Source of the DNA: Octopus vulgaris
Lineage: Eukaryota
Reading direction: 5' to 3'
DNA: 64,000 nt
Assembly: GCA_951406725.2 (NCBI GenBank)
Contig: OX597821.1
Location: 111,042,001-111,106,000 of the forward strand
Positions 47,090 through 61,600 of the stretch are shown in pieces. The notes beneath the pieces were generated by a model. That model ran no database searches. It saw nothing but the letters and a program-made list of their open reading frames with translations, and was not told where the DNA came from. Every line of letters starts with the position of its first letter. Within the stretch, counting starts at the first letter, position 1. The translations under genes were made by a program, and so were the position numbers.

Positions 47090-47095
<6 letters not shown>
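46646..47095 (+). mobile_element. Penelope-like insert: ~105-bp inverted arms plus tail, within (TA)n
   Basis: Arms at about 46646-46751 and 46953-47059, tail to about 47095, hammerhead at 46938-46981. Confidence 0.7.
46938..46981 (+). ncRNA. minimal hammerhead ribozyme motif (canonical core, weak stem I)
   Basis: CATTTT-CTGATGA-AACTAC-agga-GTAGTT-GAAA-GCGC-TA-ATATG. Confidence 0.6.
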
Positions 47096-47127
<32 letters not shown>

Positions 47128-47230
47128 CACTAACACAAACAAAAACAAACAACTTGCTATTTGTCATCATTTGAAATAACGCGAAGAAAGAAGACAGGAG
47201 GGAAAGAAGAAGAGAAAGATTGTAAAGACT

Positions 47231-47427
47231 TCAGGTTGATATCTCATTCATGCCCTGGGCATCAAGAAACTGGTCAGCCAAGAGGGCATCATCAATATCA
47301 TCATCATCAAGGAGTGTGTCGTTGCTGTCGTTTTTAGGGACCAAGGGAGATTTTACGGTCTGATTTCTCTGTGAAGAGCCGGACTGTGCCTGGGACAGTT
47401 TTACAATTCGGACGGGTGTTGAGGACA
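47231..47427 (-). CDS. PRIM2: PRIM2 terminal exon (SSTPVRIVK...acidic tail...MNEIST*)
   Basis: Acceptor ttgcag with a polypyrimidine tract. Phase 1 matches the previous exon. Acidic C-terminus. Confidence 0.8.
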
Positions 47428-47656
47428 CTGCAAGAAAGAAAGAGAGAAAAATGTGTTGTGCATTACATATATATATGTTTAATGTTTGCTGTCCTGTTTA
47501 ACAATTATATATCCGCTGCATTGGAAATCTGCAATGGCTCCATAAATACCATCTCGGCAATAACCATGAAGCCCCAGTAATCCATTACAGCACATACCCA
47601 GCATACCTAATTGTTTACCTGTGAACTAAACCCTCAACTTTGTGTGTGTGTGTGTG

Positions 47657-47707
<51 letters not shown>

Positions 47708-49175
47708 GTGGAGGCGCAATGGCCCAGTGGTTAGGGTAGCGGACTCATGGTCGTAGGATCGCGGTTTCGATTCCCAGACCGGGCGTTGTGAGTGTTTATT
47801 GAGTGGAAACACCTAAAGCTCCACGAGGCTCCGGCAGGGTGGTGGTGGTGGTCCCTGCTGTACTCTTTCGCCACCACTTTCTCTCACTCTTTCTTCTTTT
47901 GGCCTGCTCGCTTAGCCAGCGGGGTGACGTCATTTGAAGGCTAAAAACAATGCAAAGCACATTGTGACCAGCGATGTGTAGCAACATCTGATAGCCTGGT
48001 CGGTCACAGTGATATATATATATATATATTTCCTTGTCTCTGTTAGCAGGCACACGCATTTACACACACAACGGAAACTTCTGTCGACCAAATTCAATGA
48101 CAAGGCTTCGGTCAGCCCAAGGCTATAACAGAAAGCACTTACCCAAGAACTGAACCCAAAACCATGTGGCTAGGAAGCAAGCTTCCTAACCATACAGCCA
48201 TGTCTGTGCCTACTATATATATATATATATATATATACATACATACACATACAAAACAAAGTTATTTTATTCCACACAGACAGAAATATAGGAAAAATAG
48301 AAATTGAAAATGCACTGAGAATAGTTAAAATATTTTACGTGCCGGTGGCACGTAAAAAGCACCATCCGTTCGTGGCCGTTGCCAGCCTCGCCTGGCCCCC
48401 GTGCCGGTGGCACATAAAAAGTACCATCCGATCTTGGGCGTTTGCCAGACTCGTCTGGCACCTGTACCGGTGGCACGTAAAAAGCACCCACTACACTCAT
48501 GGAGTGGTTGGTGTTAGGAAGGGCATCCAGCCGTAGAAACATTGCCAGATCAAACTGGGCCTGGTGCAGCCTTCTGGCTTCCCAGACCCCAGTTGAACCG
48601 TCCAACCCATGCTAGCATGGAAAGCGGACGCTAAACGATGATGATGATGATATTTGAAGCTTTAACCGGTTTCACAGTTTACATTGATCTTCAAAAAGTT
48701 GAAACAGAAAGACATGGCTTATGTCGCAGCTGTCTTGCTTCTGGTGTTTGAAGCTTGTCCTATTTTTATAGAGAATTCATGGCTCAAATTAATATGTTTT
48801 GAATAGGATTTGATTGGTAGAGGATAGTCACATGACTGGTTTTAGAAATTTTTGTAGGTTCCTCTACCTGACTGTTTGAACATGTTCAGTCAACCATTTC
48901 AGTAAAAGCACCAACCGATCGTTGCTGTTTGCCAGCCTGCTCTGGCCCCTGTGCCAGTGGCACATATAAAAACACCCACTACACTCACGGAGTGGTTGGC
49001 GTTAGGAAGGGCATCCAGCTGTAGAAACACTGCCAGATCAGACTAGAGCCTGGTGCAGCCTCCATAGCTTCCAGACCCTGTTCGAAACGTTAAACAATGA
49101 TGATGATGATATATACTTTATATAAAAGCAGCAGAAATATAACAAAAGCTGTTACTCAGTTTCACGTTCCCATTC

Positions 49176-49212
<37 letters not shown>

Positions 49213-49858
49213 AATAAAAATTTATATATAAAGAACGTGAAATACACGAAGGGACGAACACGGAAAACAGACAAGTCATTCGATCCTTCAATCTTCAGTC
49301 AGAAAGCGAATCATCATGGCAAATTTCAGCTGTTTAATTCTGATATTTGTTCCAACTCGGCCAGCCCCAAGGAAAAAAGTAAGCTGTGGGCATTAGATTT
49401 CTTGGTAGAAGGAAAGAATGTAAACGCAACAGAGATGAATATAAATACAGGAAACGAAAACAAAATTGAAAACAGTAATGGTTAAAAACAGGATAACAGT
49501 GGGTGTCTTACGACTTTTAGACAAAATGATACAAAAACAACTTATCAGCAAGCGTGATATACACACACACATTCACATACATAATCAAACACAACCATAC
49601 AGACAATTACTACACACACACACTTAATCAGCACCAAAATTAAAGGGGTTCCAGCACACTGACCATTTGTTTTTACTTCTCCATTAAGAATTTTCTGGCT
49701 TTCTTCAAAATATTGATTGGGATGTTGAAGACCAAAACTGCATTCTTTGACACCTTGAGTGATTTCAAAATGCTTCATACAAGCCAACTGGTAATGTCCC
49801 TCGGTCACATAATTCACGATCTGCAACAGAAAACATGCAAATAAATTAAGGTATTTAC

Positions 49859-49891
<33 letters not shown>

Positions 49892-50909
49892 CAATGGAAA
49901 TAACAAATATCAATGGAAATAGTAGTTGTGATACCTGTGCCGGTGGCACATAAAAAGCACCATCCGAACGTGGCCGTTGCCAGCGCCACCTCGACTGGAT
50001 CTGTGCCGGTGGCACATAAAAAGCACCATCCGAACGTGGCCGTTGCCAGCGCCACCTCGACTGGCTTCTGTGCCGGTGGCACATAAAAAGCACCATCCGA
50101 ACGTGGTCGAGGCCAGCGCCGCCTTGGCTGTCTTCCATGCCGGTGGCACCATAAAAGCACCAACCGATTGAGGCCGATGCCAGATCCCCCTGGCACCTGT
50201 GCAGGTGGCACGTAAAAAGCACCCACTACACTCGCGGAGTGGTTGGCGTTAGGAAGGGCATCCAGCTGTAGAAACACTGCCAGATCAGACTGGAGCCTGG
50301 GGCAGCCCTGGCTTCCCAGACCCCGGTCGAACCGTCCAATGAACCGTCGGACGTTAAACGATGATGATGATGAAGATGATTATTATGTATTTCTTTGTTG
50401 CCCACAGGGGACTTGACATAGAGGGAACAAACTAGGACAAAGAGATTGAGTCGATTACATCGACCCCAGTGCGTAACTGGTACTTATTTAATTGACCCCG
50501 AAAGAATGAAAGGCAAAGTCGACCTTGGCCGAAATTGAACTCAGAATGTAACGGCAGATGAAATACTGCTAAGCATTTCGCCCAGCATGCTAACATTTCT
50601 GCCAGCTCGCCATCTTTATTATTATTATTATTATCATTATTATAATAATAATTAAGGCAGAATTGTTAGCATGCTAGATGAAATGCTTAGTGGTATTTCA
50701 CCTCTCACTACGTTCTGAGTTCAAATCCTGCGAAGGTTGACTTTGACATTCATCCTTTCAGGGTTGATAAAATAAGTACCAGTTGAGCACTGGGGGGTCG
50801 ATGTAATCGACTTACCCCCACCTCCCCCAAATATTTGCCCTTTATTACTAATTAAATAATGGCTTACTAGCGCAAAAGACACTTCTGTTTGTCCTCCATT
50901 TTCTTCTCG

Positions 50910-50945
<36 letters not shown>

Positions 50946-51889
50946 CATACACACACATATATATATACACACACACACGATGGGCTTCTTTCAGTTTCCA
51001 TCTATCAATTTGACTTGCAAAGTTTTGATAGGCCTGAAGCTATAAGACACCCTGAGCAATGCAGTGGGATTGAATCCAGAGCCATGTGGTTGGGAAGCAA
51101 GCATCTTATCGCGCAGCCAACATTTCTCTTTTTTTTTTTAACGTTCCTGTATTTTCTCTGGACTTTTCTTACCTTTGCAACATTTTCAGCCGCCATTCCT
51201 TGACCTTGGAATTTCTGTCGCAACAATGCAGGATCAGTATGGCGGAAAACACAACCTGACACGAGAAAAATATAATTATTAAGAGACAAAAGGGTGAAAT
51301 TACTAAACTTGCCAACACAACACACACACATGCATGCACACACGGCAAAGGAGCCTCCACCTGGTCACTTGCTTTGCTAGAAATAGCAGACAAATCTCCC
51401 TCAAATTACACCCAACATCAAGAAGAAATTAATACAAATACAAAATGTGAAAACAAAGATGTGATGGCTTTGGCTAGAATGCCTCTACTTGTATGTCTGT
51501 TGAGTCCTGAGGTTAACCGTTTTGTTACCATATTTCTGTCGAAAATTATGAAGAATTTACTAGAACTAGCACTATGACCCAGCGATGCCAGGTTATAGTG
51601 CTAATGCATGCATATACAGCTGCGTGCGTGCGCACATACACGTGAGTACTGTCCAAATCTCCGACCAATCACATGCAGCTAGCAAGCTTTCAAATGGTGT
51701 AACAAGTTTCGGGCATTTTGATTGGGTTTTGGATAGAAAATTCACAAAAAAGTTACTTCTATTAATTTTTTTAATGGCTTTGCGGTGTGACTGGGGAAAT
51801 GTAAAGATGTGCACGACCACCCTTGGACGGTTTTGAATGACCATAGAAAGTGCGAGCCCTCTAACTGAAAAATTGCGGATTTGTATAAA

Positions 51890-51934
<45 letters not shown>

Positions 51935-52579
51935 TTTTGCCGTTTATATATAGAGAGGTAACTGCCATTATTAAGATGATGTTTCAAACATAATTAACAT
52001 GAAATTTTGATGGAAGGTTTTAATTTAGATCACTTGAAAACAGTAAGTTTGTATCATCTTTCGTACAATTTTGAATCATCTCTTCCTCTGCTTCTACTTC
52101 TCTCTCTTCTCTTCCCGCGTAACCGCCGGTCAGCCTAGCCTGTTCTTTCTTGGTCTGACTACCGTCCATGCAACATCGATATTCTTCCCTGTGTTTGTGA
52201 AAGTTTTCTATCTCTGCCATAAGGCTTCATATCCACATGCGCCAGCTGAATTCAATTCGTCCTTAGTCGAAAGACACCTGTTGTTATGTCTTGTTATTAT
52301 CTTTATTGTATTTGTGTAACGTCCGCTTTTTCCATCCTTGTTTTTGTATACATTCGCTGCTTCCTTCCAAGGAATTAGCTTAGTTTTTTCTTGGGGCTGG
52401 CCAGATTGGAGCAATCTCAAGAATAAGCCGAAATTGCAAGGATAATCTGGTCCTTGACTGATGAAAGAAAACTTCGAATGACCCATCCTTGTTTTCTTTG
52501 TATCATCTATCTGGATGTTTTGCTGTCCCTTTTTGTATCACCTAGCTGTCTGGATGTTTTGCATTCTTGTCCCATTTTG

Positions 52580-52618
<39 letters not shown>

Positions 52619-55600
52619 TATATATATATACATATATATATTAAAAGAGAAAGCTGAAAATTTTCTGGTATTATTTATTCCATATTCCATGTTTGTTTAA
52701 CAATTGGAATTACATCCTTATACATGTGGGAAAACTTAAATCTCACATAAATAACTCCTGAGATTCTTTTATTGGTTTTAGCCACAGGTTGGGGCCATGC
52801 TGGAGCACCGCCTTTCAGATAGAGGATGAAAATATTTTGCAGAACTGAAATACAGTTGTGCTTCGTAAGGACACAGCTTGGATTTATAACCCGTATCTAC
52901 GTTATGTATTCATGTAAGAGAATCGAAATAGAAACCGTATGAAGGAAATTAACAAGCTGACAGGAAGCAATATTATAGGAACTACTTACCCCCACCCAAC
53001 TCGCTAAAACTGCTAATTTAGAAAAGAAAAATCTATTGGTAAAAAAAATAACTGAATCATATTTGAAACATGAAGAAGGAACAGAAAGGAAAATTGAAAA
53101 AGGTGAGTTACTTCCCTTGAAATTAAAAAAATATTAGAGAGTAACTTCCCTTGGATCAATTCGCGTCTAACATTTTAAGAAAGCTAATTTTATAATAGGA
53201 AGGTATACCTTTTCTAATCTAGGCACAAGGCCCGAAATTTTGGAGGAGGGGGGGCAGTCGATTGGATCGACCTCAGTATGCAACTGGTACTTAATTTATC
53301 GACCCCAAAAGATGAAAGGCACAGTCGACATCGGTGGAATTTTGAACTCAGCACGTAAAGACAGATGAATTACCTATTTCTTTACTACCCACAAGGGGAT
53401 AAACACAGAGGGGACAAACAAGGACAGACAAACGGATTAAGTCGATTATATCGACCCCAGTGCGTAACTGGTACTTATTTAATCGACCCCGAAAGGATGA
53501 AAGGCAAAGTCGACATCGGCGGAATTTGAACCCAGAACGTAGCAGCAGACGAAATACTGCTAAGCATTTCGCCCGGCATGATAACGTTTCTGCCAGCTCG
53601 CCACCTTAATAGGAATGTATTTCGAGTCAGCTCTGCGCATGGAAGATACAAACCGAAATTTGCACATAGTAAAGATGATTAATCTACCTAAATATATCAA
53701 CCTATCTAAATGAATCTATCCTAAATAAAATACAAAACAGACCAACTTGCTAAAAACCAATCCACTTAACACACACACACATACACGCAGCACACCTTTG
53801 ATACAAGTTGCTTTGATACAAGCTGGTGCTGAATTGATGCACCCGTGTCGCTCTCTTAAATGGTTGGCATCAGGAAGGGCATCCAGCTGTGGAAACAATG
53901 CCACAACAGACAGTCGGAGTCCGGACAGCTCTCTGCTAGCCAGATCCATGTCAAACCATCCAACCCATGCCGGCATGGAGACTGGACAGTGAATAACAAC
54001 AGAGATTATGATATTTCTGTTGAGACACACAGCTTTTGTTTCAATAAATTTTGGAAATAATGAATTCAGTAAAAAAAAAATTCCATTTTCTTTATTAACC
54101 TGGTGTTGAGAACAGAAATTTACATGGGATTCTGATGGAAGCTTTTAACCCTTTAGTATTTAAACCAGCCATATCTGGCCAAAATATTTAATCTGTTTTA
54201 TGTTCAAACGGACCAGATCCAGGCCCTCACACTTACCCTACAATGTTATTCTACATTAAGTAATTACACCATCAAGATCTTGAAGATATGAGATAATGCA
54301 TGATTAATTCAAATCAATGGGAATCAATAAGCATTATGTTTGATAGAATAATCTGAACACTAAAGGGTTAAATTAGATAATTTTAAAACAAGGAATTTAT
54401 TGTGGGACATAAAAAGCACCATCTGAACATGGCCGATGCCAGCGCCACCTCGACTGGCGTCCACGCCGGTGACATGTTAAAAGCACCAACTGATTGTAGC
54501 TGTTTGCCAGCCTTGCCTGGCCTGTGCCAGTGGCGTGTAAAAAGCACCCACTATACTCACGGAGTGGTTGGCATTAGGAAGGGCATCCAGCTGTAGAAAT
54601 ACTGCCAGATCAGACTGGAGCCTGGTGCAGCCTCCTGGCTTCCCAGACCCCAGTCGAACCGTCCAACCCATGCTAGCATGGAAAACGGACGTTAAACGAT
54701 GAAGAAAGAAGAAGAAACCAGAGGCAGTCTCTGGTAAAGAATTTGGCAAGATTTGGCTGTTGGCTGCATAGAATCTCTCTTGCTAACAAATGCAGCCCTT
54801 TTTTAAAACCCTTTTGTTACCATAGTTATGTGGAAAGCTTGTATCATAGAACTAGGGGCAGTCTCAGACATGGTGATATTAGAAGGCTAAGCCAGGCACA
54901 TCCAAACTGTCATACTCAAACCTTCCAATCCCCAAACACCATAACTGCTGCATCTTCTATGTTCTATGCATTGGGCACTACTCTATATTCTATGCATTGA
55001 GCACTACTCTATATTCCATGCACTGAGCACTACTCTATGTTCTATGCACTGAGCACTACTCTATATTCTATGCATTGAGCACTACTCTATATTCTATGCA
55101 TTGAGCACTACTCTATGTTCTATGCACTGAGCACTACTCTATACTTACATCATGTTTTATCTTAATACAACATCACATATACATTTATAATAAAACAATG
55201 TACAATACACACCATGGTAGTCTCCATTAGCTGGGTGATTGCTTAGAATGATTTTAGCACAGCTGTATGGCGTAAAATTGGCTCGTTTTCCTTCCTTTCC
55301 ATAGTTGTACCGAATGTTATACGCGTAGGCTTTTTGAAACTGCAATTTATATACACAGACATACATATAAATATATAGATACACACACATGCACATATAT
55401 ATATATATATACACACACACATTTATGTATAGACGTATATTATTATTTGAGCTAAATTTCTGAAACAAGCCTACAAGACAAAGTTGCATTGAGACGAATC
55501 AGTGTTTAAAATTAAAAAAATATGACTCCTACTGTGTTGAGTGCCCTTTCCTTTTGTTTGTCCACTCACCTTACATATTATATATGCCCCTGCCCCTCTC

Positions 55601-58600
55601 ATAATTCCTTGTCTTGCAAGTTACTCGGTGACCCTGCCAGTGCTGGTGCCACATAAAAAGCATCCAGTCCGCACTGTAAAGTGGTTGGCATCTGGAAGGG
55701 CATCCAGCTGTAAAAATCCTGCCAAAACTAACAACGCCCGTGCTAGTGCCACGTAAAAAGCACCGAGTCCACTCTGCAGAGTGGTTGGTGTTAGGAAGGG
55801 CATCCAGCCATAAAAACGCTGCCAAAACAGACAGAGGAGCATACAGTAGCTTTTCTACCTGGCCAGTTCCTGCATGGAAGATGGACATTAAACGATGATG
55901 ATGCTATATATATGTGTGTGTGTGTGTGTTATTATACACATACAGGAGCGGCTAACCAGCTTCCGTGCCAGTGGCACTTAAAAGGCACCATTCAAGCATG
56001 ATCGTTACCAGTGTCGCCTTACTGGCACTTGAGCCCCGTGCTAGTAGGGTATTAAGAGCACCATCCGAGCGTGATCGTTGCCAGAACGGCTATCTGGCCT
56101 CCGTGCCAGTGGCACGTAAAAGACACCATTCGACCGTGATCGTTACCAGCATCGTCTTCCTGGCACCTGTGCCGGTAGCATGTGTAAAAGATTCGAGCGA
56201 GGTCGTTGCCAGTACCGCCAGACTGGCCTCGTGCCGGTAGCACATAAAAGCACCCACTATACTCTTGGAGTGGTTGGCATTAGGAAGGGCGTCTAGCAGT
56301 AGAAACTCTGCCAGATCAAGATTGAAGCCTGGTGCAGCCATCTGGTTCGCCAGCCCTCAATCATTCATCCAGCCCATGCTAGCATGGAAAGCAGACGTTA
56401 AACAATGATGATGATACAAGAGATTAGAACAATGCAAAACACATATCAACTGATGGTATATAACAACATATGTAGCCCAGATCTTATCTACTCCATTCCT
56501 TAAGTCGGGCATACTGCATCGGAGAATATATGTAATTCTCTGTCAGACTCTCCCCCTCCACCCTTGTTTATCATTCACTACATTGCTCCCTACCACCCCT
56601 AGCACCATCTGTTACTCTCCTCACACTCTCATGAAACTATAACCATCTCCTCCCCACCCCCATCCCTATATCTACTGTCCGTATCCTCTCCTATGCTCAC
56701 CTTCTAGTACCTTGTCTTCCTCCAAGCTACTCCTGCCCACCCTTATATAATGTAGGGTAAAAATGTATCTCTTCTTATACAAGACACCTGAGCCTGTCCC
56801 TCTATTTATAAATTAGCCTCTCAACACCCAGCATAATCCTCTCCACCACCACTTTATCGAGCAGGTTTTTTCCTGTTCTTTTCATATCCTGCAAGCCATT
56901 TGGCAACCTCACTAATGCCAGTGACGCATAAAAAACACCCAATACACTCTGTAAAGAGGTTGGCATTAGGAAGGGCACCAAGCTGTAGAAACCATTCCAA
57001 AGCAGACCTCACAGGAGCTTGATGAGGTCCTGCAGCTTACTAGGTTTTGTCGAGAGTGTCCAACCCATGCCAGCAAAGAAGATAGACATTAAATGATGAT
57101 GATGATGACGATATGAATATAATGGAAATGTACATACCTTATCTATACCGACAGACTGTGAAAGTTCTGCACCCCAGAAGCGCAAAGCATCTTCTAACAG
57201 GAGACCGATGCCCTTCAAGAATAGACCGTATTGTAAGCGTCCGCCGTACCGCAGGTGATGATTCTGGCGCAGACTTTGGTGGAGCTGCTGCATGCAGGGG
57301 GGGAATGACTTCCGAGACAACTGGAAGAAACCAGATCGAAAGAGAAGTGAGGAAAATAAGTAGATGCATATGCATTTATATGTACACAAAAATATATTTA
57401 TGATTACCCCCAATGCCAGTACCCGCTGACTGGCCCCCATGCCGATAGCACATAAAAACCACCATGGGAATGTGGCCAATGCCAGTACCCCATTGACTGG
57501 CCCCCATGCTGGTGGCATGTAAAAACCACCATTGGAACGTGGCCGATGCCAGTACCCCACTGACTGGCCCCCATGCTGGTGGCATGTAAAAACCACCATT
57601 GGAACGTGGCCAATGCCAGTACCTCCTGACTGGCCCGTGCCGGTGGCACATAAAGAGCACTATCCAAATGTGATCAATACCAGGACAGCCTAAGTGGCTC
57701 CTGTGCTGGTGGCACATAAAAAGCACTCACTACACTCTTGGAGTGGTTGGCATTAGGAAGGGCATCCAGCTATATAAACCTTGTCAGATCAGATTGGAGC
57801 GTGGTGCAGCCTTCCGGTTTGCCAGTCCTCAGTCAAACTGTCCAACCCATGCCAGCATGGAAAGCAGATGTTAAATGATGATTCATACATACATACACAC
57901 ACACTTCCAAGCCCACACACATACACACACTTCTATGTCCACATACACTTCCATGTCCACACACACATGTACACTCATACATACACACACACCGATAAAA
58001 ACACAAATGCACATATTCATTAAGTTATGTTCTGGTTATTAATTTTTTCTCCAACCTGCAAACATACTCAAGCTTTCATTTCCAGTAGGGATCAGATAGA
58101 TAACATTTCACCATGCAACAAGGTGAGAAGAGAAGAAGAGCAAGAAAGTGATCGAAGAAGAATAAAAGAGAAGAACCAGATTGACAAAAACAAGAAAGTA
58201 AGAGAAGTGAGGATGGGGGCAAAATAAACAGTTACATGAGGGTTATTGGTAAGGACATTCAATTGAAGTAACATGGCCAAGAGGGTGATAGAAGAGAGGT
58301 TGATATAAAAGTGTTGGAGTGAGATAAGCAAGAGGGTGATATAGGAAAAAAGGAGATGGAGCGTGACAGAGAATACAGAAACAGCTATATGACGATTATT
58401 GGTGAGATGATTGAATAGAAAAGGCATGAGCAGCATAACAGAGGAAGAAGGAAGAGATTAAAGGAGTACTGGAAGTGAAAGAGGACAGATAAGAGAGAGA
58501 GGGGGTAACACCAAAGATTGTAAAAAGAAGAGAGACAGCTATATACAGATTGACACCTAAACACTTTGAAATATTCGTATTGGAGCTTCTGGTGCGAATA

Positions 58601-61600
58601 CCAAGTAGTACAGTATGCCATTTCCAAATTTCTGGCAGAGTTAATTGCATCATGGTGTTATTTTTCTCACAGATGGTGCCCAACTGACCCTACTATACTG
58701 CATAGTCAAAATCAAAAAACAAACAATGCGCATGCGCAAAATTTAAAATATAAAAATAGCAACAATTTATCCTTCGCAACACACACACACACACACACAC
58801 ACATAAGTGTGTCTTTGTGTCTATGTTTGTACCCATCAATAGCTTGACAACCAGTGTTGGTGTGTTTACATCCCTGTAACTTAGTGGTTCAGCAAAAGAA
58901 CCTGATAGAATAAGTACCAAGCTAAAACAAAAACATACTGGGGTCTACTGATTCGACTAACGATTCTTCTAGGCAGTGCTCCAGCATGACTACTATCTAA
59001 TGACTGAAAAGAATAAAAGAATAAAAGAATAATAATTACAGGATCCAGCATATCAATTGTGACGGCGCCAGCATTGTTTTTCTGACCGCTGAAATCTTCA
59101 CCAAGGTAAGCTCGACTCAAATTATTCAGCAACGGTAAAAGACGATCATCTTCCTCCAGATGAGGCAAAGAACGGCAGGTAACCTGAAGGAAAAGGAAAC
59201 GGAAAGAACTGAAGACTACAATGGACATATGGTCAAGAAAGTACAGCAGTTCTTGGAACTGTTGTTTGCTGTAATAGTAGTGTGTGTGTGCGTGTGTGTG
59301 GTCAAAAACAGTGCACTGAGTGGCAGATCTTTAGATCTGTTTCCCAACCATTTTTTCCGGTGCCCCACTTTTTAATAACAAATTTTCCAGTGCCCCACTT
59401 TTTAATATCAAATTTTCCGGTGCCCCACTTTTTAATATCAAATTTTCCGGTGCCCCACTTTTTAATAACAAAAAATCTGGTACCCATCAACATTGGTTTT
59501 TGAATATAGAAACACGATTTTTAATTCAATTACCTGGCTAACGGATACCTCAACTCGTTTAGTAAGAACCCTGTACCTGGTGCATACAGCACAGATCCTT
59601 GATTTGAGGAGACAGTTTCTTTAACTTCAGCCGCAAATCACCATGTTTTGTAATTTCAAGCCAGTTTCTCTTGGCTTCCAGCAAATTGTCAACTGCACTG
59701 AATCCACATTTGACCAAATAAAACAAAGAAAAATGAATCAATAATTCTCTTGGACAATAGATATTGAAACAGAGAAACAAACGCCTAACAGGTGCCGATA
59801 CTGCACTCGGTACACTGATAGGTCATAGCTATATCGATTCCCATGGTTTAAGTATAAATATTGCGTAGCGATGGTTTTTGTTTTTTTGTTTTAATGTCCA
59901 AAGATAGGCTGAGGATTGACAAGGATGCGCTCAGGTTTTCACAGCCCACGCTAACACATGCCCCTCATTAGGAAACACTGCTTCAGACCAAGAGGCAACT
60001 GTTCCACTTCAATCACAATTAATGAAACAAGAACTAGACACAAATACGTCCTGGGATTAAATATAATCGATTAAAAATTCCCTTCAAAGTGGCACTCCAG
60101 CATGGCCATAGTTGAATGTCTGAAACCAGAAAAAAAAAAAGATGAACATCAAAAAAAATTAATAAACTTACAGCTAAACCTTTTGAGAGATGTTCCCTGA
60201 AGTGATTACTAATTAGTGAGATGAGGTCGTGAAACTGGACATAGGCATAACCTCTCTGCAAGTAGACTTTTCGTGATCTGACCAAGTCAAGAACATCTGT
60301 GAAGCAGACTTTGTAGTAGTCAGAGTTGACAGTGCCACGACCACATTTCAGTAGCTTCGGCATCAACTGGTCTTTCTCCTGTTCAGAAATCTGAAGAAAA
60401 GTAGAAGAAAATTAGGGAAAAAGAAGGAGATGGTTTCAGGGGTGAGGGGGGAGGGTAAAGTTATAAATGATAATTCTTTCTTATGAAGCACACACTCATG
60501 CAGCCAAGCACATACACAAACACACACACACACATCAAACAAGAACACACACACACATACACATATCAAACAAGCAGACAGACAAGCACAAACACACATA
60601 CACACACACAAACACAGCACACACACACACATCAGACAAGCACACACACACACATCAGACAAGCACACACACACACACACAAGCACACACACACACACAT
60701 CAAACAAGCAGACAAGCATAAGCACACACATACACACACACACATATCAAACAAGCAGACAAGCGCACACACACACATCAGACAAGCACACACACACATC
60801 AAACAAGCACACACACACACACACATCAAACAAGCAGACAGACAAGCACACACACACATCAAACAAGCACACACACATACACACACAAGCACACACACAC
60901 ACACACACACATCAAACAAGCAGACAGACAAGCACACACACACATCAAACACACACACTAACAAGCACACACACACACATAGAACCAGACAAACAGACCC
61001 ATTAAAAGGGGAGAGAAGCGTGATGAAGTGAAGTGGTGTACCTCCTCATAGCCAATTTTGTTATCCCTGGCAAACTCCCTCTTCTCTTCCGTTGTAAGAT
61101 TGGAAAAACGGTAACGAAACAGGTCTAATTCTTGCTGAAGAAACCAACGACGCAATTCTTCCCTGCAACAAAAATACAAAATCTATGGTCAATACCAGTC
61201 GGATAAAATATCTTGTAGTATTTGGCTGCGTTCCTTTATGTTCTGAGTTCAAATCCCGCTCAGATCTTCGCTTTGCACTCATACAAGGGTGATAAGACAA
61301 ATGCCGCAGTTGTCTCCCTTGCCTTGTTCAGGCACAAAATAATGTCGTGCTGTTTCTTTATGGTGCTTAGCCGCAGGTAAAGCCTGATCGAGTAGGCTTC
61401 TGATCAAAGACCTTCCAAGCGTGACCATCTCTTCTTTTCTTTATATGAAGGGAACCTACGAACACATTAGCTAAAATGTATTTTTTTATTAACCACATGG
61501 TTCCAGGTTCAGTCCCACTGCGTGACACCTTGGGCAAGTGTCTTCTATTATAGCCTTGGGCTGATTAAAGCCTTGTGAGTGAATTTGGAAGACGGAAACT

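Noticed and set aside
49935-50230. CRISPR-like array (conserved palindromic repeat plus ~40-bp spacers), also at 55965, 57410 and 62485
   Set aside because: The spacers are homologous to each other, there are no cas genes, the context is a eukaryotic intron, and each array is the head of a dispersed repeat.
52455-52490. Hammerhead-like CTGATGA...CGAAT motif, with a relative on - at about 49270-49305
   Set aside because: GAAA is replaced by GAAT and stems I and III cannot be drawn convincingly. It is probably a decayed Penelope-like end.
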